DNA of 63,511 nucleotides, counting the filler, from Octopus bimaculoides (Eukaryota): the NCBI RefSeq assembly GCF_001194135.2. It is 9 parts of 8 records of this genome, joined end to end, with 100 filler letters (N's around TTAATTAATTAA, not from the genome) between each part and the next. Parts side by side here need not be neighbours in the genome. Positions count along the whole stretch, not along the records: positions 1 to 2,503 come from NW_026379793.1; positions 2,604 to 18,988 come from NC_068987.1; 7 more parts are not named here. One strand, written 5' to 3'. Positions within the stretch are counted from its first letter, which is position 1. Each line of letters begins with the position of its first letter. The position numbers and the translations under genes are program-made. The notes beneath the pieces were generated by a model that worked only from the letters and a program-made list of their open reading frames with translations, made no database searches and was not told the origin of the DNA. Below are positions 1-12,734 of this stretch, in pieces.

Positions 1-17
1 AAAACATTCTATTAAAG

Positions 18-217
18 ACACAAGGCCTGAAATTTTGTGGAAGGGGACTAGTTGATTACATCGACCCTAGTATTTCCTTGGTATTTAATTCATCGACCCC
101 GAAAGGATGAAGGACAATGGTGACCGCGGCAGAGTTTGAACTCAGAACGTAGCGACGGCCGAAATACCGCTAAGCATTCCCTCCAGCGTGCCAACGATTC
201 TGCCAACACGCCACCTT
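18..217 (-). mobile_element. tRNA-derived SINE, family A
   Basis: Shares the body cgaccccgaaaggatga...tttgaactcagaac...ctaagcatt...ttctgcca.c.cgcc.cctt with about 10 other copies in the window. The reverse complement has A-box and B-box-like motifs (e.g. ctgagttcaaa). Confidence 0.9.
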
Positions 218-2299
218 AATGATAATAGTAATAATAATTATGAATTTTTATTCTTCAAAAGTGTTCAGAGAAAAATAAGAGTCAATGCACAATGACCAGA
301 TATAACGTGTTGGCGATGTGTAAAAACTGAACAGCAAAAACAAGTAACCCCAAAATTCCGTCGGAAAGTATTTTCCCATAGAATTGGAGGGCAAAAGAAT
401 GTCATGGAACCTGCTTGCAAACAATGTACATCGTCTTTATATACATACTCAACAACAAATTAGTTTCACTTATGGAGAACAACAAAATATTACCTAAGGG
501 AGATAAGGGTGTCAAAAATGAATGTGGAGCTGTAAAGAGCAGCTACTGGGTTTTGTCTGACAAGTGGCAAGTATTTGATATCAAAATGAAAACTTGAATA
601 CTTGAGAAACTCCTTATAGATATATAACAGTTCTTATATTAATGAAATACCTCAACTCTGTCATATCAAAACAGAATATATCCAAGCAAACTGAAGAGAA
701 CTAAATCTAGCCTATATTAATAAGGAGAAAAATCATGCAAGGATTTTTTATTTATTTTCGTAATCAGTTATCTGGCTCTGATCTCCTTTAAAAAATCTGA
801 TGAAGGGAGCCATCATTGAGTAGAAATGCTACGGACAAACTGTAAATGATACAGATGACATGAAAATAATTAAAATGAATTATATATGTTTTCATATATT
901 GATGAAAACATTATTNNNNNNNNNNTAATTAAAATGAATTATATATGTTTTCATATATTGATGAAAACATTATTATTATTGAATATTGGGATGAGATCCC
1001 ATCGAAGTCAACATTCCCTTTCTTCCTTTCAGAGTGGACAAAATAAAGTATTTGTTATGTACGGGAGGAGGGAGGTCGATGTAATCGCCTTAACATTCAC
1101 ACCAAACTTGCTGGCCTTGTTTCAAAAATTAAGAATTATTATTTCTGCTGCCGCCACCGCCACCGCTGCTGCTGTTGTTGTTCTTGTTGTTGTTGTTTGT
1201 GTTGTGTTTGTTTTTGTCGTTNNNNNNNNNNNNNNNNNNNNNNNNNNNNNNNNNNNNNNNNNNNNNNNNNNNNNNNNNNNNNNNNNNNNNNNNNNNNNNN
1301 NNNNNNNNNNNNNNNNNNNNNNNNNNNNNNNNNNNNNNNNNNNNNNNNNNNNNNNNNNNNNNNNNNNNNNNNNNNNNNNNNNNNNNNNNNNNNNNNNNNN
1401 NNNNNNNNNNNNNNNNNNNNNNNNNNNNNNNNNNNNNNNNNNNNNNNNNNNNNNNNNNNNNNNNNNNNNNNNNNNNNNNNNNNNNNNNNNNNNNNNNNNN
1501 NNNNNNNNNNNNNNNNNNNNNNNNNNNNNNNNNNNNNNNNNNNNNNNNNNNNNNNNNNNNNNNNNNNNNNNNNNNNNNNNNNNNNNNNNNNNNNNNNNNN
1601 NNNNNNNNNNNNNNNNNNNNNNNNNNNNNNNNNNNNNNNNNNNNNNNNNNNNNNNNNNNNNNNNNNNNNNNNNNNNNNNNNNNNNNNNNNNNNNNNNNNN
1701 NNNNNNNNNNNNNNNNNNNNNNNNNNNNNNNNNNNNNNNNNNNNNNNNNNNNNNNNNNNNNNNNNNNGCAGAGTTTGCTGTAACCTGCGTGACAACAAAT
1801 TAACTATCTAACAAATTATAACTTTAAACCCGGTTATCTGCTGCTTTGATTTAGTCAAGCATACTTTTATTGAAAGAATGACAGGAAAACGGTACGGTAT
1901 TCATTAGATATTTTCACCAGTGTCTTCAGATTCCTTTTCTTGGCCTAATTCTGAATAAATTTCCTTCTCTCTGTCGATTTTCACAATCTGAATCTAAGCC
2001 AATTTAACTCTGTAATCGGCCCAACTTCAAATACATGTTAGCAATGATTTAACAATCTTAGTTTCCAATTTTCAGCGAGTTACATAAATTAAGTCAAATA
2101 TATATGGCATAATAAGTACCATACATTAAGATAGACTACCTGTGATGACGGAGGGGTGAGTCAGGCATTCTGAAACAGCCAGCAACATGGCTGGTTTTGC
2201 AATAAATTTTAATTACCTGTATTTGTTACATTGTCTTAGTGTCGTATGATTTTCATTTGTTCATTTATTAAGAGTTATATATTTATTACATTCATACAG

Positions 2300-2503
2300 A
2301 AAGGTGTCCAGTGAGTGTGATTCGTGGTGCAGTTCTTCCGGAAAGTAAGATACGTTCTGAACGAGTCGTAAAATTCATAGATTGTCTATCCACTTGTCAT
2401 AATGATTCCTGGTGCAAAACTGTCAACTACAACACAAAATCAAAGACGTGCCTCATGACTGATTATACAAGTAATAATGCCACAGTTAAGACTACCAAAA
2501 ATG
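2300..2503 (+). CDS. Exon encoding a PAN/apple-like domain; 3' end lost in the gap
   Basis: Follows acceptor-like ttcatacag. Frame reads (E)RCPVSVIRGAVLPESKIRSERVVKFIDCLSTCHNDSWCKTVNYNTKSKTCLMTDYTSNN, matching the C-x3-C-x5-C-x3-NY-x6-C-L spacing of PAN/apple domains. Confidence 0.7.
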
Positions 2504-2547
2504 NNNNNNNNNNNNNNNNNNNNNNNNNNNNNNNNNNNNNNNNNNNN

Positions 2548-2559
2548 TTAATTAATTAA
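2548..2559. other. Artificial scaffold linker TTAATTAATTAA inside a 100-nt gap. Also at 19033-19044, 20875-20886, 27429-27440, 45792-45803, 54540-54551, 60764-60775, 62396-62407
   Basis: Identical 12-mer with stop codons in all six frames, each flanked by N runs (44 N per side where counted). Confidence 0.95.
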
Positions 2560-2656
2560 NNNNNNNNNNNNNNNNNNNNNNNNNNNNNNNNNNNNNNNNN
2601 NNNTGAGCTTCTAGCATATTGACAGACCGGTCACTGGTCAATCTTATATACACAAG

Positions 2657-2690
<34 letters not shown>

Positions 2691-2770
2691 TTAAGGATAA
2701 AATCTATGTAAGATTTTATCAGGTAGTGTGTAATAACCAGTTAAAGTAAAAACTAATCGAGTACATAATT

Positions 2771-3484
2771 TTAGAAGTATATTTATAAAACTATATTAAG
2801 GGCAACTAGCGAGTATTTCAACAAGCCGAGCCACACCCTAAAGGAAGACGCCAAGTGGCGCTAAACTACCTTAAGTATCGCATTAATACGCGCTGGAAGC
2901 GAGGGAATAAACGAAAAAGATTCATGAAGAAGTTCAGTTATGTATCAATTGAATTCAGGATTACGGACCAATATCCGTTTTCCTTCCTCAGCATAACACA
3001 ACCAAATGTATATAATTATAAACAATTATACATACCACAAGAGCACAATATCTCCACAGTCCATATACAACTGTTCATACTTATACACAAATTAAAATTC
3101 AAAAATCTAGCTCGTTTATCTCACACGTGGCCGAGGTAAACGAACTAGATTTTTGAATCGCAATTTGTTTTTAAGTATGAACAGTTGTGTATATACTGTG
3201 GAGATATTGTGTTCCTGTGATATGTATAATTGTTTATAATTATATACATTTGGTTGTGTTACGCTGAGGAAGGAAAACGGGTATTGGTCCGTAATCCTGA
3301 AATCAATTGACACATAACTGAACTTCTTCATGAACATTTTTCGTTTATTCCCTCGCTTCCAGCGCGTATTAATGCGATACTTAAGTTAGTTTAGCGGCAT
3401 TTGGCGTCTTCCTTTGGCGTGTGGCTCGGCCTGTTGAAATACCTGCTAGTTATCCTTAAAATAATTTTATAATTATACTTATAA
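2771..3484. mobile_element. Fold-back element: about 350-bp inverted arms with a 12-nt loop
   Basis: 2771-3121 is the reverse complement of 3134-3484 with scattered mismatches. Loop cacacgtggccg at 3122-3133. ORFs 2855..3139(+) and 3116..3337(-) encode near-identical peptides as a consequence. Confidence 0.9.
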
Positions 3485-3499
3485 ATTTATGTGTTCAGG

Positions 3500-3530
<31 letters not shown>

Positions 3531-6500
3531 TATTTATATGGACATACAGGCGCGCGCACACATACACACATATACACAAATTCTTGCAAGGTTTTCTTTC
3601 TCCTCTACCTAACACCACTAATTATCTGGCTTTATCAGCGTTGCAGCTCATGGATACATTTTGATCGCATACAAAAATGATTTTGTGTATATGAGGCTGT
3701 GTCAGTATGTATGTTGCTTCTGTATAGAAATGCGTGTGTCCATGTGCTTGTGCATGTGAGCAATGTATTTCTTCTGGGTAATTTGTTTCATGTACTTTTG
3801 AATACAAATACCAGTTTGTCATGACTAGACATATATATATTGTCATGACTAGACGCTATATTTTACTGGGAGGGGACATAAAAATATCGTTTCGTTTCTA
3901 CTTTACTTAAGAGGCGTGTAAATAAAGTGAACATGAATTCAACGAGAAATCGAATATGTTTTAAATTATTTGAACGATACATTTCTGACACCACAACATT
4001 ACTAGACTTCTTGTAGTTTTTTAGTCAATGATTTAAAATTCGAACGGCAATACTTCATCTTTTTTTTTTCGGTCATAATTATTTCTTCAACATTAGTTAG
4101 CTTCATCCTTTTAGTTATTAGGAAGTAGATACGATTCTATAACAATTTTGCCTGCGATACAAAGTCGTTCTTGTCAAGAGTTATCATCTGTTGTTAGCGA
4201 TGGTATCAGAGCTAAGTATCAAGTAAGAAATTTCTTTACATTAGGCACCTTTATTGATAATCAGTGAGTCATCTATCATTTAAAGAGCTACACGTTCGTA
4301 TACTCTCGTTGGTGGTACACAAGGGTTTATGGGCAATTAATATAATGTACATACGGAAAGTGAATAAAGACAGTCGAATATTAATATATATCGAAGTAGA
4401 ATTTAAATCGCATTTTTATTTAAATCAAATCAAAATGTGCCGTTGGTATCTACTGAGATGAAAAGAAGCGAGTAATATTAGGGCCAATTTTCTTTTTTAC
4501 GAAAAGCCATATCCCAAATTTCGTCTTTGCATGCAACATATACCTCCGGTTTTCAACAAATACCTGTTTCTATAATATACATCTCTCATCAATATACATC
4601 ATTTCACTTTTCAGCAAACACATTCCTGCGATATACAATTTTTTCTTCTACAGAATACACTTGTTATACCCTAAAAATACCACCTATCCCTGGTATGACA
4701 GAATTGAAACACAGAAGAAGAAAATAACTACAGAAAAAGAAAAAATGGAGAAAATTACCGTAGTAATATTTTAGATCGCTCCATGCGATCCGTGATACAG
4801 ATTCAGGGCTCTAGAACATTAAGATTACTAACAGAGTGGCCCACTAGACCGTCCTTATGTCAAGATCATTATAGCGAGCTTTTAAACTGATGACGAGTAA
4901 CTGATTTGGCTGGAGGAGAGAAACTTCTGACAGGATATTTATCAATGAATTTATATATCGTAAACTGCCTAAGATATATAAAAGAAAGAATCTTCTTTTC
5001 TAAATCAGGATTCGATGAATTGAAACATTGCAACATAATTGCAACACATCAAAATGGCAAACAACATCGCAAGCGCTTGACAATACATTTAATTTGGTAA
5101 GGTAACTGAAAGTGTAGACTTTTTATTTACTTGAAGATTATCACACAGTGAAACATTGGCATAGATCGTTGATATGTTGCATTTCTGTAATTCGCTTTCT
5201 TGTATCCAGAGGTCTTCTATTTCATGGAGCGTCAACAAAAATTGGAAACTATTTTAGCTTTTTTTAGTAAACTTGTTCTTTTCTTTATGGAAAAACAGTT
5301 CAAACTATATAGAAATGTGGTAAAAGGGAGCCTATCGTATCTCACGGTAAACATTAGTGTAGAATTTACTGAATGGGACAATATGCCCTAGCATCGGACA
5401 TCTCACATTTTGATTCACGGATGTTTACTGTTCGTTATATTTGTGGATGTGAATCTGTGGAGCATTTTATTAAGTATATCTCCGTCTCCTCTCGTGAAGC
5501 AAAAAATCTAGCAGACACTGTCGTGTATTAACTTAATGAAAACGAAGTTTCACAATCGAATTGTGGCCAGTCGTAAGCCAATACCTCAAGTATGTCTGAA
5601 CGCTATACTGAAATACAATCACGGATCCATCAAACTGATCAGCCTGAGCTTGATAGGAGTAAATGTGTCAAAGTGGTTTCTATAATAATCTTTGAAAGAT
5701 TAACTTTCTTCTATCACTTTATTGGCTCTTTTTTCTTTGTGCCATCAGTTACACAACGGAATCTAGTTTGACTTCTCGTTTGCACACTGCATAACAAAAA
5801 AAATTTGACTTTGTTTAGTATCTCTATTCGCTTTTTCTGTTTCAACACATCGGTAGATTAGTCTGGTATCATCTTTTGGAAAAGATGTTGTTGTCAAGTT
5901 TCTGCCGAGTACATGACAGTTCTCAATTTGCGATGTTAATCAGGCTCTGTATGGGAGAGTTGAAAAACCTAAACGAGCAGTGGGTAAACTCACTATGATA
6001 GGCAAAAACAATTGAGTAGAAAAATTAAGAACCTGGAAACGAAATTTCTGGTGATTTTGTGGGAATTACATTCTTCAAATCGTAAACAAAACAAGTATGG
6101 TGTTTCAGTCTGAAGACATGCACATACTTGCTGCCATGAATCTTTTTGAATTTCTAAAATCGTATCTTCGGGAAATTGGAGACAAATTTATTAGAGTTCA
6201 GGTGTAGGTATCCACACTCATGTTGGGGAGTTGTGGAAAAAAGAACGGAATGAAGGCAGAATGTGACTTACTAAATATAAGTTTCGAATGAAGAATTTAA
6301 GAGCAAAGTTTAAGTTGGAAACAGTTCTCCTGTTATAGACTCTAAACTCTGACCTGCCAAAATGTGCAGAAGCTTATTCGTTGCTTTGAGATTCAAATTT
6401 GCTTTTGATGAGCTAAACAAAATGTGCTTCGGAAAGACCTTGATTCTGGTGGTTTAAATAAGTGTGAGGATCTCAAGGACTAACAGGGTTCATAACGAAA

Positions 6501-7830
6501 ACTGTGAGACTCTCTGTGCATGGTACAGAAAAATTATTTCTGACATATTGAAATTTATATTTTTCACCGATGAAATTGCATTTAGAATACTCGCTTACAT
6601 GGAATACAATTCTGTTGAAACGTCTAAAGAATCAACTTCACAGCACAATGGGACAAGCAGCTTTTACACTGGCTTACACTTCTACACTTAGGAAGTGATA
6701 ACCTAAAGAGCACTGATTTAAAATCAATTATTAAATGATTTTCTGCAAAGAAATTTTGAATTCTTTTTCTGTATAGCTGAACACTTGTTTAATAATGTCA
6801 TTGTAATTTCATACTGTATTAGCTCCGTTTGCATGGTGCCAAAATGGGTTCCCATGGTGTCGTTTTCAAGGTTCGTATTATGTTGTTCAAAAGGTTGTGT
6901 TGATTAATCTTTGCTGGATTCTTTTGTTTTTTTAATGTTTAAACACTGATTTTATTGGAAGTAACAACATATTTAGGTTTAATTTTATTAAACGTTTACA
7001 TTTTAATTCTTGTGACACGCGGATAGGTTGACTCTCGAGGTAGCAAAAAGATCGATAATGTTATCATTTGTGACGTGGCCTCTGTTAAGTAAATGAACAT
7101 TACGAAAGGCGTAATATTTTGACAACTACCCTATGGTGAGACAATCTAAATTCTGGAGAATTCTAAAAAGTGCCAAATATGAAACATATAATTCTGCTAA
7201 AACGGCTCTTATCGTCTTGACATTGAGTGAGCTCCAAACAGTTCTTTAAATGTTAGTACAATACCTCTATTCTATAAACTATCTTTGACAAGCAACTCAT
7301 CAAATTCTATTGTGTTCGTTTTTATTGTCGACCACTTTATTATGACGGATGAAGAGACGAGACGGATCAACTGTTTCATATCAAAGATATACTTGGTCAG
7401 TAAAACTATGTAGACTATAAAAGGTTGGTTGATCTCTCTTAAGAATGCTGGACAGGGGGAGGGGGAGTGATACGATAGATGTAGCGCGTGTATGTATATA
7501 TATATATATATATATATATTACGTACGCAATAAATATCCCTATAACAGGTTTAANNNNNNNNNNNNNNNNNNNNNNNNNNNNNNNNNNNNNNNNNNNNNN
7601 NNNNNNNNNNNNNNNNNNNNNNNNNNNNNNNNNNNNNNNNNNNNNNNNNNNNNNNNNNNNNNNNNNNNNNNNNNNNNNNNNNNNNNNNNNNNNNNNNNNN
7701 NNNNNNNNNNNNNNNNNNNNNNNNNNNNNNNNNNNNNNNNNNNNNNNNNNNNNNNNNNNNNNNNNNNNNNNNNNNNNNNNNNNNNNNNNNNNNNNNNNNN
7801 NNNNNNNNNNNNNNNNNNNNNNNNNNNNNN

Positions 7831-7868
<38 letters not shown>

Positions 7869-7897
7869 GGATAGTAGTAGTAGTAGCAGAAGAAGAA

Positions 7898-7928
<31 letters not shown>

Positions 7929-7994
7929 AAGAAGAAGAAGAAGAAGAAGAAGAAGAAGAAGAAGAAGAAGAAGAAGAAGAAGAAGAAGAAGAAA
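7831..7994. repeat. Compound microsatellite (AGT)n-(AGA)n
   Basis: Direct reading of the sequence. Confidence 0.95.
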
Positions 7995-8249
7995 GTTGCT
8001 GGGTGTAGACGTAGAGGTTTCACAAAATAATGTAGCGAGAGGGATGGGTGATATATTGAATGAGGCACACAAAAGAACCATTTAACAGATACGGAAGGGC
8101 GGCAACCAGTTTGTGTCCACAAAGCGGTCCCAGTGTGCTTGCATGGACACCTGTTCGATTCAAACGAAAGTTCTTATGCAATTGAGCGTGTCTTAACCGT
8201 GTCTTTTGTATTACAATAGCTGCCTTCTTCATTTCCTCCGATTCACCTA

Positions 8250-8385
8250 TCTACTTACTAACTTACTTACCTACCTACCTGCCAGCCTGCCTGACTGCCT
8301 GCCTACCTACCTACCTACCAACCTACCTACCTACTTACCTACCTACCTACCTACCTATCTACCTACCTACCTACCTACCTATCAA
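8250..8385. repeat. (CCTA)n / (CCTG)n tetranucleotide microsatellite
   Basis: Direct reading of the sequence. Confidence 0.9.
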
Positions 8386-8872
8386 TCTAGTTATTTATGT
8401 ATAGCCAGCTGGTCGTTTCCGTGTGATGCTTATTTTATAGTTTGTATGTATGTATANNNNNNNNNNNNNNNNNNNNNNNNNNNNNNNNNNNNNNNNNNNN
8501 NNNNNNNNNNNNNNNNNNNNNNNNNNNNNNNNNNNNNNNNNNNNNNNNNNNNNNNNNNNNNNNNNNNNNNNNNNNNNNNNNNNNNNNNNNNNNNNNNNNN
8601 NNNNNNNNNNNNNNNNNNNNNNNNNNNNNNNNNNNNNNNNNNNNNNNNNNNNNNNNNNNNNNNNNNNNNNNNNNNNNNNNNNNNNNNNNNNNNNNNNNNN
8701 NNNNNNNNNNNNNNNNNNNNNNNNNNNNNNNNNNNNNNNNNNNNNNNNNNNNNNNNNNNNNNNNNNNNNNNNNNNNNNNNNNNNNNNNNNNNNNNNNNNN
8801 NNNNNNNNNNNNNNNNNNNNNNNNNNNNNNNNNNNNNNNNNNNNNNNNNNNNNNNNNNNNNNNNNNNNNATA

Positions 8873-8906
<34 letters not shown>

Positions 8907-9179
8907 AATTATGAGTGGTAATGGTGTCAATAAGACCCAAAGGTGTCAGGTAATGCTTAGTAAGTGCTATGGAAAGAATATAGTCAAGCTCCAGGTTCGG
9001 TGATCATGCGATTTAGGAGTCCAACGTAGGTCATATATCAGCGTGTGTATATATAAAAAATTTTCATAATGAGATAAAAAGCCAAGGCTGTGAAAAACTT
9101 TAGAAGGTCTTACGGCAGCTTCTGGGATATTTTATAAATCCCTTCATCGGAGACGGTGTGAGGAAATGGTTAAGCAAAC

Positions 9180-11215
9180 CCCCATCTCGAAAAATTTGAA
9201 GCAGATATGATTAATTTAATTAGAAACATTAAATTCTCCATATACAAATCCCCCTTTCAAAAAAAGCTCTCAAATTCCATAAAAGGGATCATTGCATCCC
9301 CCAAATTACATATCTTCTTGGATAAAACAGGAAATATGTACTCCATTACCATTGAGGAATACAATAAATTCATAAAGAAAGAACTCAACAAATCCTACAA
9401 GCTGGTACCAACATCTGCCCTAAATGAAATCAACACCAACTACTGCAAACCTATGAGGAAATTACAAGTGGATGACCGAACCGAACCATACTGCCCTGCA
9501 TCTCCACACTTTAACCTCAAAGATCATAAGAAGGATTTTATTACTAAACCTTCAATACGCCTAATATGTCCCACCAAATCCGACCTAGGAAGCTTAAACA
9601 AAAACATTTTAGACAAAATAATACCAATCGTCAAGGACAAATTAAATAGTCCTACACTGGTGAAGTTATTACATGGTTCCACCTTCTAAAAATCAAAAAC
9701 TCATATTCCTTCCTATAATTCGACATAGATAATTACTACTCTTCTATTTCTCCTAAACTTCTAAATCAAGCTCTTCTTCTAGCTAGGAACCTTACTAACC
9801 TAACCCCACTAGAAATTAACATTATAATAATGCCCGCAAAACCCTTATTTCTTTTGAAAACAAACTCTGGTGCCGGGCAAATCACCACAATAATAACCAT
9901 AGCAACCTATTCGACATAACTATGAGATCATCTGATTCAGCTCAGGTCATTGACTTAGTTGGACTTTATATACTTCACCAACTCCATATACATTTCCCTA
10001 ACATCAAGGGAGGCCTATACAGGGACAACGCCTTATTAGTTACCAAAATCATAAATAAATCCTCCTTAGAAAGAACTAGAAAGAATCTACATAAATTTTT
10101 CTCTAACCTAAACCTATTTATCACATTCGAAAACGCTCACAAAACTGCTAACTTTCTTGTCGTAACTCTAAACCTATCAACCTCCCAATACTTCTCTTAC
10201 CACAAGCCTTACCAATATGTTAAACACCTTAACATCCACCCCAATCGCCACAAATCCACTTTCGATGCTCTTTCGAATCAAGAGCATCTCAACCTGCATA
10301 TCTGACCTTTCTTCCACTGAAGAAATTTTCAATAATCAAGCACCATATTACAATCAACCACTCGCCGCTAGCGACTTTTCCCAACAAATAGAACGCATCC
10401 ATAACACCAGGCTCAAACAATATATATCTCAAATCACATACCAAACACGTACCAACCATCACAATCGCAACCAACCACATACACTCGTCGATGGAACCCC
10501 GGAAGCTCTTACACCTAGGCAACCTACATCCCACACGCATACATTTCACACTAGGTCAAAAACTAAAACAACTAAAACAGGTAACAACAGGCCTCGCCAG
10601 CCACATACATTCTCCAAAAATATAAGTAGCACTCCTTTATCTAAAAACTTAGATGGCACTACTCCCAGACACCCTAAGAAAGCGGCGGACGCTCTATTCT
10701 GTAGTAACACACAGCCATTCTCACTTAACGTTAAGAACTTAGCTAAATCCTTCATTAAAATACTAGACTCTAACTTCCCTCGGCAACATAAATATCATTC
10801 TATCTTCAATAGATCCACCCTGAAACTATCTTATTCTGCCCCACCCAATTTCGAATCTATTGTAGTAGCCTCTAATAAGCAAAAGCTTTCCCTTTACTAT
10901 AAAACTCACATAATTACAACTCTAGTCATACGAACACTCAACATACACACAGCGCCAGCACAGATACCCTTACATTAGACCACAACCACAACCCATCCTA
11001 CTGACATTGCCCTGAACACCACCACAATCTCTACCACTCATGCAAATAGTACAATTAATAACAACAATAGTAATAATAACAATGATGGTCATAATAATAT
11101 TAGTAATACCAATAATCTGGAATTTTCTACCCCCTTCTCTAACCTCTCATCTGACAATATTACCTCCTCCATTCCTGAACACATTCTCCAAAATTCCCCT
11201 AATTGTAACTGCCGT
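9180..11215 (+). pseudogene. Penelope-like element reverse transcriptase (Naiad-like), frameshifted and 5'-truncated
   Basis: Ordered motifs across frames: FEADMINLIRNIKF, LKDHKKDFITKPSIRLICPTKSDLG, FDIDNYYSSISPKLL, FDITM..DSAQVIDLVGLYIL, GLYRDN (YRDD with D>N), NFLVVTLNL, PFSLNVKN, FPRQHKYHSIFNRSTLKLSYS. Ends at CNCR just before (TA)n and a gap. Confidence 0.85.
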
Positions 11216-12009
11216 TATATATATATATATATATATATATNNNNNNNNNNNNNNNNNNNNNNNNNNNNNNNNNNNNNNNNNNNNNNNNNNNNNNNNNNNN
11301 NNNNNNNNNNNNNNNNNNNNNNNNNNNNNNNNNNNNNNNNNNNNNNNNNNNNNNNNNNNNNNNNNNNNNNNNNNNNNNNNNNNNNNNNNNNNNNNNNNNN
11401 NNNNNNNNNNNNNNNNNNNNNNNNNNNNNNNNNNNNNNNNNNNNNNNNNNNNNNNNNNNNNNNNNNNNNNNNNNNNNNNNNNNNNNNNNNNNNNNNNNNN
11501 NNNNNNNNNNNNNNNNNNNNNNNNNNNNNNNNNNNNNNNNNNNNNNNNNNNNNNNNNNNNNNNNNNNNNNNNNNNNNNNNNNNNNNNNNNNNNNNNNNNN
11601 NNNNNNNNNNNNNNNNNNNNNNNNNNNNNNNNNNNNNNNNNNNNNNNNNNNNNNNNNNNNNNNNNNNNNNNNNNNNNNNNNNNNNNNNNNNNNNNNNNNN
11701 NNNNNNNNNNNNNNNNNNNNNNNNNNNNNNNNNNNNNNNNNNNNNNNNNNNNNNNNNNNNNNNNNNNNNNNNNNNNNNNNNNNNNNNNNNNNNNNNNNNN
11801 NNNNNNNNNNNNNNNNNNNNNNNNNNNNNNNNNNNNNNNNNNNNNNNNNNNNNNNNNNNNNNNNNNNNNNNNNNNNNNNNNNNNNNNNNNNNNNNNNNNN
11901 NNNNNNNNNNNNNNNNNNNNNNNNNNNNNNNNNNNNNNNNNNNNNNNNNNNNNNNNNNNNNNNNNNNNNNNNNNNNNNNNNNNNNNNNNNNNNNNNNNNN
12001 NNNNNNNCC

Positions 12010-12300
12010 TCAGAAACCCTTATTTATGTAATAAGATGCTCGGGCTGCCACGAAAACTACATAGGGTCCACAGGATTATCGCTCAGACGCAGATGCACTC
12101 TGCATCGACAGCAGATTGCATTCCCAGAATACCGAATGATACCCTTCAGTGAACATATTAAGAAATGCGCAAAACAAATGCTACCACAATTTATAATCTT
12201 TCCATTCTATCAATGTGCCATTGGAACACGAACACAAATTAGATTAAATAAGGAAACCTTCTTCATTCAAAAATATAAGCCCAAACTTAACCATTGCTAA
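12010..12300 (+). mobile_element. GIY-YIG endonuclease C-terminus of a Penelope-like element (uninterrupted 96-aa frame)
   Basis: My translation: SETLIYVIRCSGCHENYIGSTGLSLRRRCTLHRQQIAFPEYRMIPFSEHIKKCAKQMLPQFIIFPFYQCAIGTRTQIRLNKETFFIQKYKPKLNHC*. Contains LIY, YIG, R, E and N catalytic-type motifs. Absent from the ORF track because there is no start codon. Confidence 0.9.
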
Positions 12301-12665
12301 CACTTTTAAATAAGGAAATTCACCTCACTGAGAGTAAAAAAAACATAGAACAAAACCTAACATATTATTCCTTCTAAACCAAACAATGGTAAATTAATCT
12401 AAATATGCCACCTCCTACATTTCGATTATACCGGAAGAAATCTCTGATTACCTCCCCCTATCTAGAACTCTTTTTTATGCACGGGAGTGAAGACATGTTA
12501 CGACACAAGTAGAGAAATTTGAAAAGACAACACGAAACCGGTTATTTCTCCAAATACAATGTTTATATACCCAAAATGTTATAACATTTTTGTGACATAA
12601 CAATTTAAATATATACTTTAACCGTGTAACACAAGCCTTCTGTAGTTTTTCACTCTTGTTTATCT

Positions 12666-12734
<69 letters not shown>

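Noticed and set aside
797-835. CTGATGA...GAAA hammerhead candidate (similar cases at 26802-26822 and 35095-35118)
   Set aside because: No convincing stem II plus GAAA plus stem I combination.
866-975. About 50-nt direct repeat on either side of a 10-N gap
   Set aside because: Identical copies flanking a tiny gap are the signature of unmerged contig overlap.
2187-2243. ATG with a hydrophobic peptide (MAGFAINFNYLYLLHCLSV) as the signal exon of the PAN gene
   Set aside because: The best donor (gtatga) is phase 0, while the acceptor at 2299 needs phase 1; the intron would be only 56 nt.
6420-6620. LRKDL / IFFTDE..F motifs suggesting a Tc1/IS630-like transposase
   Set aside because: Too short and degenerate; no TIRs found.
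12485-12550. GTGAAGA...GAAACCGGTT downstream of the GIY-YIG stop
   Set aside because: Position and palindromic stem III fit a decayed Penelope hammerhead, but the core and stems I/II are too broken to call.
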